This document shows, piece by piece, positions 1 to 6,737 of a stretch of DNA of 36,076 nt. The notes under the pieces are model-generated. The model saw only the letters and a list, made by a program, of their open reading frames with translations. It ran no database searches and was not told where the DNA came from. Both the position numbers and the translations under genes were made by a program. This DNA is from a virus (Duplodnaviria > Caudoviricetes), in IMG/VR virus record IMGVR_UViG_3300049191_000029, positions 1 through 36,076 of that record. One strand, written 5' to 3'. Position 1 is the stretch's first letter. Each line of letters begins with the position of its first letter.

Positions 1-32
1 GGAAGAGATTGACCTGGGCATTGAGGCCTTGA
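1..32. repeat. Terminal direct repeat (left copy); circular assembly overlap
   Basis: ggaagagattgacctgggcattgaggccttga matches 36045-36076 at 31/32 (position 26 G versus 36070 T); joining the ends restores the polymerase reading frame. Confidence 0.93.
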
Positions 33-1150
33 AAGACGGGAGTGCCGATCTGCTGTTCGACAACGTTATGCAGCTCACTTCCAGCGCTATTCGCGGTTGC
101 ATCGTGGCGCCGCCTGGCCGCAAGCTGGTCGTGGCCGACTTGTCCAACATCGAAGGCCGCGACCAGGCGTGGTTGGCGGGAGAGGATTGGAAGCTCCAGG
201 CTTTCCGCGACTTTGATGCGGGCACCGGTCCCGACCTCTACAAAATGTCCTACGGCAAATCGTTCAATGTGGCCCCCGAAGACGTCACCAAGGAGCAACG
301 TCAGGTGGGCAAGGTGCAGGAGCTGGCGCTGGGCTATGAGGGTGGCGTCGGTGCGTTCGTCACCTTCGCGGCGGCGTACAACATTGATCTGGACGAGCTG
401 GCCGCCCGCGCCGTGAAGTTCATCCCGAACGAAACCTGGGGCCAAGCCAATATCATGTTGCAATGGCATCGCGAGCACAAGCGCGACCCTGCCGCCGACA
501 TGAAGATGCCTGACCGCACGTGGCTGGTGTGCGAGTCGTTCAAGCTGGGCTGGCGCCAGGCGCACCCAGCGATTGCCGCCGGCTGGAAGCAGTTGGATGC
601 CCTGGTGCGCGCCGCCATCGACGAGCCGGGCCGTACCTTCCAGTGGCGCTACGTGAAGATTCGCCGCGACGGTGCGTGGTTGCGCATCGTCCTGCCGTCG
701 GGCCGCGCGTTGTGCTACCCATCGCCGAAGGTAGGCCACAAGGAGGACTGCGCCGAGTGCCTGGGCACTGGCAGCACAGACGAGCTGACGGAATGCCCGG
801 CGTGCGAAGGATCAGGTGTCAGCGGCAAGAACAGCAAATCGATCACCTACATGGGGGTGAACCAGTACAGCCGTAAATGGTCCCGGCTGCACACCTACGG
901 CGGCAAACTTTTCGAGAATATCTGTCAGGCCGTGGCCCGCGACGTCATGGCCGAAAACATGCCGGCCATCGAAGCAGCGGGCTACCAGATCGTGCTGACG
1001 GTGCACGATGAAGTCATCTGCGAGGCCCCAGACGAGCCGGAGTACAACGCCGAACACCTGTCGGGCCTGCTGGCTACAAACCCCTCCTGGGCGCCCGATA
1101 TGCCCTTGGCGGCGGCAGGTTTTGAGACTTACCGCTACAAGAAGGACTAA
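2..1150 (+). CDS. polA: Family A DNA polymerase, C-terminal part (continues from 35020 across the junction; ~724 aa in total)
   Basis: Motif A VADLSNIEGR, motif B RQVGKVQELALGY, motif C TVHDE; frame is open from position 2 and in phase with the ORF running off the right end. Confidence 0.95.
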   Translation, partial: EEIDLGIEALKDGSADLLFDNVMQLTSSAIRGCIVAPPGRKLVVADLSNIEGRDQAWLAGEDWKLQAFRDFDAGTGPDLYKMSYGKSFNVAPEDVTKEQRQVGKVQELALGYEGGVGAFVTFAAAYNIDLDELAARAVKFIPNETWGQANIMLQWHREHKRDPAADMKMPDRTWLVCESFKLGWRQAHPAIAAGWKQLDALVRAAIDEPGRTFQWRYVKIRRDGAWLRIVLPSGRALCYPSPKVGHKEDCAECLGTGSTDELTECPACEGSGVSGKNSKSITYMGVNQYSRKWSRLHTYGGKLFENICQAVARDVMAENMPAIEAAGYQIVLTVHDEVICEAPDEPEYNAEHLSGLLATNPSWAPDMPLAAAGFETYRYKKD

Positions 1151-1164
1151 AAAAAAAAAAGCTG

Positions 1165-1192
1165 TTGTACAATTGTTTTGTTGTGATATAGT
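1165..1192 (+). promoter_or_regulatory. Sigma70-like promoter for the vWA gene, overlapping a TTGTACAA palindrome
   Basis: TTGTAC-16 nt-TATAGT with TGn extended -10; 26/30 identical to the element at 2082-2111. Confidence 0.65.
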
Positions 1193-1268
1193 TCGATTCA
1201 ACAAGCAAGTACTTGTTACTGGCAAACGGGGCGCCTAAAGACCCGAATTTCTTTTAAGGAAATATAAA

Positions 1269-1868
1269 ATGAGTAATACCGACAAACTGTCCGAATTTGA
1301 TTTCATCGTTGCAATCGACGCGTCCGGCTCCATGAGCACCGAAGATATGTCGGGCGGCCGCTCCCGCTGGCAAGCAGTGCAAGAAACCGCCGCAGCCTTC
1401 GCCCGTGACCTGGGCAAGTTCGACTCCGACGGCATCGATGTCGTTGTGTTCGGCGGCGCACATATCACCACCCACCAGGGCGTTACCGCTGACAAAGTTG
1501 CCGACGTGTTCGCCTCGCGCCGTCCAATGGGCAGCACTCCACTGGCCGAAGCGCTGGAAGCTTCGCTGAAACTGGCCGGCAAGTCTGACAAGAAAGACTT
1601 CATCATCGTGTTCACCGATGGTGTACCGGACGACAAGACCGCTGCTGCTAACGTGATCCGCGCCCAAGCGAACGCGCAGACCAATGATGATGACTGCACC
1701 ATCCTGTTCGTACAAGTCGGTAAAGATGCCGGCGCAACCGCTTACCTGCGCGAGCTGGACGACGCGCTGACCGGTGCCAAGTTCGACATCGTGGACGCCA
1801 AGACCCAGGACGAAGCCGAGCAGTTCGCCACTACCGCCGAGCTGGTGCTGGCAGCCATCGACGACTAA
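1269..1868 (+). CDS. Stand-alone von Willebrand factor A (vWA) domain protein
   Basis: MIDAS motif IDASGSM, conserved Thr (GSTPL), IIVFTDG; AAGGA RBS upstream. Confidence 0.9.
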   Translation: MSNTDKLSEFDFIVAIDASGSMSTEDMSGGRSRWQAVQETAAAFARDLGKFDSDGIDVVVFGGAHITTHQGVTADKVADVFASRRPMGSTPLAEALEASLKLAGKSDKKDFIIVFTDGVPDDKTAAANVIRAQANAQTNDDDCTILFVQVGKDAGATAYLRELDDALTGAKFDIVDAKTQDEAEQFATTAELVLAAIDD

Positions 1869-1901
1869 AACAGGAGACCCGGCGAAAGCCGGGCTTTCGT
1901 C

Positions 1902-2033
1902 ATGATCGACATCATCCTGTTGTTTTTCATCCTCGCCGTGTTCTACGGCGGCTTCTGGTGCGGCAAGCGTTACGCTTCGCTCGGCGCTATGTTCCAGGCC
2001 TTCGTCGGCTGGTTTGAATCGCTCTGGAAGTAA
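1902..2033 (+). CDS. Small membrane protein, 43 aa (MIDIILLFFILAVFYGGFWCGKRYASLGAMFQAFVGWFESLWK); not in the ORF track
   Basis: Translated by hand; hydrophobic N-terminal helix; fills the gap between the vWA gene and the terminator. Confidence 0.7.
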   Translation: MIDIILLFFILAVFYGGFWCGKRYASLGAMFQAFVGWFESLWK

Positions 2034-2041
2034 CGTGGTCG

Positions 2042-2070
2042 AATCCCCGCCACAAGCGGGGATTTATTTT
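2042..2070 (+). terminator. Rho-independent terminator
   Basis: AATCCCCGC-cacaa-GCGGGGATT 9-bp stem followed by TATTTT. Confidence 0.8.
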
Positions 2071-2081
2071 CAAGAAAACAC

Positions 2082-2109
2082 TTGTACAAGTTGTTTGTTG
2101 TGGTATAGT
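2082..2109 (+). promoter_or_regulatory. Sigma70-like promoter of the DGR operon, overlapping CTTGTACAAG
   Basis: TTGTAC-16 nt-TATAGT with TGn; near copy of 1165-1194; followed by an AAGGAG RBS and ATG 2140. Confidence 0.7.
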
Positions 2110-2139
2110 TCTAATCACCAAACACAAAGGAGAAAACAA

Positions 2140-2502
2140 ATGCAAGCCTTCGATAAAAATCAGCTGAAACCCGGCGAGCGCTACGTGGGAGCGATTATCG
2201 ATCAAGATGGAGCCAACGGCGAGCACATCATCTTGTTGCCCGGTGAAGCGGAATCCGTTAACTGGGAAGACGCAAAAGAATGGGCCGCGACCATCGGCGG
2301 CGAATTACCCAATCGTATTGAATCGACGTTGCTGTTTGCGCGTATGAAAGATGAATTTAAGGCTGATTGGTACTGGACGTGCGAGCAGTACGGGTCCGGC
2401 AGCGCGTGGATGCAGTACTTCGGCAGTGGCTACCAGGGCTACGACGACCGTGGCTACTCCTGCCGGGCGCGCGCCGTCCGCAGGTTCGTTCTTCCCGAAT
2501 AA
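2140..2502 (+). CDS. DGR target protein 1, DUF1566/Lcl-C-like C-type lectin fold, 120 aa
   Basis: Start moved to ATG 2140 (AAGGAG RBS; the track start at 2014 crosses a terminator and promoter); W..A..WA...GGELP.R.E, WYWT and terminal RARAVRR; contains VR1. Confidence 0.88.
   Translation: MQAFDKNQLKPGERYVGAIIDQDGANGEHIILLPGEAESVNWEDAKEWAATIGGELPNRIESTLLFARMKDEFKADWYWTCEQYGSGSAWMQYFGSGYQGYDDRGYSCRARAVRRFVLPE
2385..2482 (+). repeat. DGR variable repeat VR1
   Basis: 98 bp, ungapped against TR; 17 mismatches, all at TR adenines (14 A>G, 3 A>T). Confidence 0.97.
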
Positions 2503-2520
2503 AACAGAAAGCTAATCACC

Positions 2521-2964
2521 ATGACCATTACTCTCGATACCCTCAAGGCCGAACAAGAGCGCTTGGCAGCCTTGATCGCAAAATTCGAAGCGCAGCCAGC
2601 CTATCCGGTTGAAATCGCCTTTCCCGAGCTGAAATCGGGCGAACGTTACGTAGGCGCGATCATCAGCCCTGATGGCGCGAAGCGCGAACACATCATTCTG
2701 CTGCCTGGCGAAGCGGAATCCGTCAACTGGAAAGAGGCGCAAGCTTGGGCTGAATCGGCTGGTGGGGAGTTGCCGGATCGTTGCGAATCGGCGCTCCTGT
2801 TCGCCACGATGAAGGACGAGTTCAAAGAAGCCTGGTATTGGACTGGAGAGCAGTGCGGGTCCAACAACGCGTGGGTGCAGCTCTTCAGCCTTGGCGACCA
2901 GTACTACTACAACCGTAGCGGCTCCTACCGGGCGCGCGCCGTCCGCAGGTTGAAAATTTCGTAA
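2521..2964 (+). CDS. DGR target protein 2, DUF1566/Lcl-C-like, 147 aa, with N-terminal helical extension
   Basis: Paralogue of target 1 (56/75 identical residues over the shared core by hand count); contains VR2. Confidence 0.9.
   Translation: MTITLDTLKAEQERLAALIAKFEAQPAYPVEIAFPELKSGERYVGAIISPDGAKREHIILLPGEAESVNWKEAQAWAESAGGELPDRCESALLFATMKDEFKEAWYWTGEQCGSNNAWVQLFSLGDQYYYNRSGSYRARAVRRLKIS
2850..2947 (+). repeat. DGR variable repeat VR2
   Basis: 98 bp, ungapped against TR; 14 mismatches, all at TR adenines (8 A>G, 4 A>T, 2 A>C). Confidence 0.97.
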
Positions 2965-3029
2965 TATCGCTTTAAATCGGCATGGTTTCGTCCGCACCCG
3001 CGCAGCTGTATCGCGCGGTCTTAACCTGG

Positions 3030-3158
3030 TCGTGCCGCTGGCCTACATGGCCACCGCCATGCGCACAAACGGAAACCCCTGGCTCTAAGCCAACAGGTCC
3101 GGCGCAGTCTCCGCGTTGATCGGCGCACGCCTTCGACGCAGCGACGTAGATAGCACGA
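3030..3158 (+). ncRNA. Candidate structured RNA immediately 5' of TR
   Basis: Nested complementary segments: TCGTGC 3030-35/GCACGA 3153-58; TGGCC 3039-43/GGCCA 3049-53; TGCGC 3060-64/GCGCA 3102-06; CGGA 3070-73/TCCG 3098-101; TGGCT 3080-84/AGCCA 3088-92; GCGTTGA 3113-19/TCGACGC 3133-39. Confidence 0.5.
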
Positions 3159-3164
3159 ATCGGC

Positions 3165-3262
3165 GCAGTACGGGTCCAACAACGCATGGATGCAGAACTT
3201 CAACAATGGCAACCAGAACTACAACAACCGTAACAACTCCTACCGGGCGCGCGCCGTCCGCA
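3165..3262 (+). repeat. DGR template repeat (TR)
   Basis: 31 adenines; 11 AAC/AAT codons in the target frame; ends with a 14-nt G/C run (3243-3256); the target frame is closed upstream by TAG at 3151. Confidence 0.97.
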
Positions 3263-4387
3263 TATCAAGACGCGGGCCGCCATGCCGATTTTTCTTTTAA
3301 TGAGCTGGAACAAGCATATCAATCCTGCCGCAAGCACAAGGGCGCAAAGCCCGCTGCCAAGGCGTTCGCCGAGAACGCACAGCAAAACTTACTGGCCCTC
3401 TACGGTGAGCTGAAAGACGGCTTCTATCGTCCAGGCTCTTCTATATGTTTCATCGTCACGCGGCCAAAGCCCCGTGAGATTTGGGCCGCTGACTTCCGCG
3501 ACCGAATCGTCCAGCACTTGCTCTACAACCACATCGCGCCGCGCTTCTACGCTTCGTTCATTGCCGACAGCTGTGCGTGCATTCCGGGGCGCGGCACGCT
3601 GTACGCCACCAGGCGCCTTGAATCCAAAGTTCGCAGCATCACGCGCAACTGGTCGGCGCCGGCTTGGTATTTGAAATGCGATCTCGCAAACTTCTTTGTC
3701 AGCATCGACAAGACAGTTCTCTGGAAGCTGATCGAAGCGCGAGTTACCGAACCCTGGTGGCGGGAACTGGCGCACACGATTCTGTTCCACGATCCACGAC
3801 AAGACTTCGAACTGCGCGGCTCGGCAGCGTTACGCGAACTGGTGCCGCCCCACAAGCGGCTGCTGGAGCAAGATGTGGGCCTTGGTCTGCCAATCGGCAA
3901 TCTCACATCGCAGTTCTTCGCCAATGTCTATTTGGACGTGCTCGACCAGTTCGTAAAGCACAGCCTCAAGGCGCGACATTACGTGCGCTACGTCGATGAT
4001 TTCGTTATCCTGCACGAATCGCCGCAGTGGTTGAATGCAGCCCTGCGCGAGATTACCAAGTTCCTGCCGCGCGCCCTAAATGCGCGGCTGAACCCTACCA
4101 AGACGATCCTGCAGCCCATAGCGCACGGCGTGGATTTCGTCGGCCATGTGATCAAGCCCTGGAATACCAAAGTGCGCCGCAGGACGTTGCGCCAGGCGGT
4201 GAGCCGTTTGCTGACACTGGATGACGTCGATGTGTTCGCGTCGGCCAACAGCTATTTCGGCCTGGTGCGTCAAGCATCCTGCGGCCACAAAGACCGCACC
4301 CGGCTGGCATGGGCAGTTCTTAAACGTGGCTACGCCGTTAACGGTGCACTGACCAAAGCCTACAAGAGAAAGGAGCAACAGCAATGA
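3206..4387 (+). CDS. DGR reverse transcriptase (start uncertain: ATG 3206 inside TR, or TTG 3116)
   Basis: KPREIWAADFRDRIVQH, LKCDLANFF, GLPIGNLTSQFFAN, YVRYVDDF, GVDFVG. Confidence 0.95.
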   Translation: MATRTTTTVTTPTGRAPSAYQDAGRHADFSFNELEQAYQSCRKHKGAKPAAKAFAENAQQNLLALYGELKDGFYRPGSSICFIVTRPKPREIWAADFRDRIVQHLLYNHIAPRFYASFIADSCACIPGRGTLYATRRLESKVRSITRNWSAPAWYLKCDLANFFVSIDKTVLWKLIEARVTEPWWRELAHTILFHDPRQDFELRGSAALRELVPPHKRLLEQDVGLGLPIGNLTSQFFANVYLDVLDQFVKHSLKARHYVRYVDDFVILHESPQWLNAALREITKFLPRALNARLNPTKTILQPIAHGVDFVGHVIKPWNTKVRRRTLRQAVSRLLTLDDVDVFASANSYFGLVRQASCGHKDRTRLAWAVLKRGYAVNGALTKAYKRKEQQQ

Positions 4388-4575
4388 ATTTCCTTGAAAA
4401 ATTCCGCCGCGAGCTGGCCGCTTTCCGACAGCCTCGGCACAACGAAACGTGGGAGCAGTTCCGCGCCCGCGAACAGCGCGAAGGTTCGGTTCTGGCAATT
4501 ATTTCATGGACCGTTGTCATGATCGGTGCTTGCTTGTTGGTACTGGCCGAACTTCTTGAAAGGGGCGCGCAATGA
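4384..4575 (+). CDS. Hypothetical protein with a C-terminal transmembrane helix
   Basis: ATGA overlap with RT, AAGGAG RBS, hydrophobic stretch VLAIISWTVVMIGACLLVLA. Confidence 0.7.
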   Translation: MNFLEKFRRELAAFRQPRHNETWEQFRAREQREGSVLAIISWTVVMIGACLLVLAELLERGAQ

Positions 4576-4760
4576 AAGCCGGAGACCTGATACGCGCGGC
4601 CCGTTGCCAGCTTCTGCGCTTGCGCATCGCACAGAAGGAATCGGATATTCGACTACTTCACGATCAGCGCCATAACGACGCCCAGGCCTTGATCATCATT
4701 CAAGGCGAACTGGTGCATCTACGACAGAAACTACGCACAGAGGAAACCCATGCCTGCTAA
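4572..4760 (+). CDS. Hypothetical helical protein
   Basis: ATGA coupling with the previous ORF; overlaps the next start. Confidence 0.6.
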   Translation: MKAGDLIRAARCQLLRLRIAQKESDIRLLHDQRHNDAQALIIIQGELVHLRQKLRTEETHAC

Positions 4761-5109
4761 ACCGTACATTCGCGAGAGCGATATCGAAGCATACCTCGTG
4801 AAGCGCGTGAAAGCCCAAAAAGGCGAGGTGCGCAAAGTTGAATGGATTGGCCGACGTGGCGCACCGGACCGCATCGCCATGTTACCAGAACGGCAGTACG
4901 TTCCGACAAGTACCCTTGGCGCCATGGTAGCGGCGACCTATCGCCCCAGTGAGCTCGCGATCCCATCCCGCACGATTTGGATAGAGCTGAAAGCGCCGGG
5001 CAAGAAGGCCGAGCCGCACCAAGCCCGCGAACACGAACGCATGCGCAAGATGGGGCAGCGCGTTGAGGTCGTGGATTCCTTTGAGCGAGTAGACGAGGTA
5101 CTGAAATGA
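4750..5109 (+). CDS. VRR-NUC domain nuclease (probable Holliday junction resolvase)
   Basis: RESDIE, GAPDR, WIELKAPG, HQ..EH: PD-(D/E)xK VRR-NUC pattern; located between pol and SNF2 helicase. Confidence 0.9.
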   Translation: MPAKPYIRESDIEAYLVKRVKAQKGEVRKVEWIGRRGAPDRIAMLPERQYVPTSTLGAMVAATYRPSELAIPSRTIWIELKAPGKKAEPHQAREHERMRKMGQRVEVVDSFERVDEVLK

Positions 5110-5282
5110 AAGCATCATTTATCTTTGGCGTCCTCGCCTTGGCGTGCATCGTCGGTGCTGTGGTCTGTGCCGTGCACGATAACGACTTGTGGGCGATCCT
5201 ATTTGCTTTCGGCGCTGTAGGCATGGCTTCGGACACCGAATCTGCCGCTACGGCCGAAATGCGACAGAAAGACCGTAAATGA
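5106..5282 (+). CDS. Small two-TM membrane protein, 58 aa; not in the ORF track
   Basis: MKASFIFGVLALACIVGAVVCAVHDNDLWAILFAFGAVGMAS...; ATGA overlaps at both ends. Confidence 0.7.
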   Translation: MKASFIFGVLALACIVGAVVCAVHDNDLWAILFAFGAVGMASDTESAATAEMRQKDRK

Positions 5283-6661
5283 GCCAGCTATACGTGCCGC
5301 GCCCGTATCAGGGCCTGATCATCGACTTCATTCAACAGAACGAGCGCTGCGCCATTTGGGCAGGTATGGGCCTGGGCAAGTCGGTATCGACCCTCACCGC
5401 GCTGTCCGAGCTGTTGCTGGTCGAGGACGGACCGGTGCTGGTCGTCGCCCCTTTGCGCGTAGCACGCACCACCTGGCCGGACGAAGTGCGCAAGTGGTCG
5501 CACCTGAACCACTTGCGCATCATGCCGGTGATTGGCGACCTGAACCAGCGACGCGCCGCTCTGCGCTACCGGGCCGATATTTACACCACCAACTTCGAGC
5601 AGCTGCCATGGCTGGTGGACCATTTCGGCGAGAAGTGGCCTTATAAGATCGTCATTATCGACGAAGCGACCAAGTTAAAAGGTCACCGGCTGAAACAAGG
5701 AACGCAGCGCGCCAAGGCCCTCGCCAGGGTGGCATGGTCGAAGGTTTCGCGGCTGGTGGAGCTGACCGGTACGCCAAGCCCGAACGGCTTGCTAGATCTG
5801 TGGGGCCAAGCTTGGTTTCTTGACCGTGGCGAGCGACTGGGCCGCACATTCGACGGTTTCAAACAGCGCTGGTTCCGGCCCTCTTATGATGGCTATGGCA
5901 ACGAGCCAATCGACTGCGCGCAGCGAGAGATACAGGCCAAGCTGAAAGACCTGTGCCTCACCATCGACGCCCGCGACTGGTTCGACTTGAAAGAGCCAAT
6001 CGTCAATAACATCTATGTCGATCTGCCGCCAGCGGCGCGCAAGCTGTACACCGACATGGAGAAGCGGATGTTCATGGAGCTGGAAGAACACCAGGTCGAA
6101 GCTTTCGGCGCGGCGGCGCGCACGATTAAATGCCTCCAACTGGCCAACGGCGCGGCCTACGTTGGTGAAGGCACGGGCGAGTGGAAGCCCGTACACGATG
6201 CGAAGTTGGAAGCGCTCGAAGAAATCGTCGAGGAAGCCACCGGAATGCCGGTGCTGGTGGCGTACCACTTCAAGAGCGACCTGGCGCGGATGTTGAAAGC
6301 TTTCCCGAAAGGGCGCCAGCTCGATGCCAACCCGCAAACCATCAAGGATTGGAACGAGGGCAAAATCCCCGTGTTGTTCGCTCACCCGGCCAGCGCCGGC
6401 CATGGCCTGAACTTGCAGGACGGCGGCAACATTCTGGTGTTCTTCGGGCACTGGTGGAACTTGGAAGAACGGTTGCAAATCATTGAACGTATCGGGCCAA
6501 CGCGGCAGATGCAGGCCGGCCACGATAGGCCAATGTTCATCCACAATATTCTGGCACGCGACACCGTGGACGACATGGTGCTGGAGCGCGTACAGACGAA
6601 ACGCGAGGTGCAGGATATTTTGTTGGACGCCATGCGTGTCCGTAACTTGAAAGCAGCATAG
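5279..6661 (+). CDS. SNF2-family (SF2) helicase
   Basis: MGLGKS, VVAP, IIDE, LTGTP, SAGHGLNLQ, Q..ERI. Confidence 0.93.
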   Translation: MSQLYVPRPYQGLIIDFIQQNERCAIWAGMGLGKSVSTLTALSELLLVEDGPVLVVAPLRVARTTWPDEVRKWSHLNHLRIMPVIGDLNQRRAALRYRADIYTTNFEQLPWLVDHFGEKWPYKIVIIDEATKLKGHRLKQGTQRAKALARVAWSKVSRLVELTGTPSPNGLLDLWGQAWFLDRGERLGRTFDGFKQRWFRPSYDGYGNEPIDCAQREIQAKLKDLCLTIDARDWFDLKEPIVNNIYVDLPPAARKLYTDMEKRMFMELEEHQVEAFGAAARTIKCLQLANGAAYVGEGTGEWKPVHDAKLEALEEIVEEATGMPVLVAYHFKSDLARMLKAFPKGRQLDANPQTIKDWNEGKIPVLFAHPASAGHGLNLQDGGNILVFFGHWWNLEERLQIIERIGPTRQMQAGHDRPMFIHNILARDTVDDMVLERVQTKREVQDILLDAMRVRNLKAA

Positions 6662-6737
6662 CGTCGGCATGCTGTTGTACAATTTCGTAGCACCGAGCCG
6701 GGCGGGTTGACCCGACAAAACCTGAAGGAGTATCGCA

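Larger units (their letters stand above)
2140..4387 (+). mobile_element. Diversity-generating retroelement: target 1 (VR1), target 2 (VR2), structured spacer, TR, RT
   Basis: TR/VR pairs with exclusively adenine-specific mismatches, plus an adjacent RT with the DGR-type GNLTSQ motif. Confidence 0.97.

Noticed and set aside
1149-1160. A12 run as a phase-variable switch
   Set aside because: It lies after the polA stop and upstream of the -35 box, so length changes alter neither frame nor promoter spacing; it may be an UP element or a homopolymer artefact.
2014-2139. Longer N-terminus of target 1 in the ORF track
   Set aside because: It runs through a terminator and a promoter; the AAGGAG RBS supports ATG 2140.
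3116-4387. RT as a group II intron, retron or Abi RT
   Set aside because: No maturase or endonuclease extension and no retron VTG motif; the GNLTSQ motif and adjacent TR/VR pairs identify a DGR.
4572-4760. 62-aa helical ORF as Avd
   Set aside because: About half the usual length and lacks the C-terminal G..IGGW-type motif; only a vague LLRL resemblance. An HMM search would settle it.
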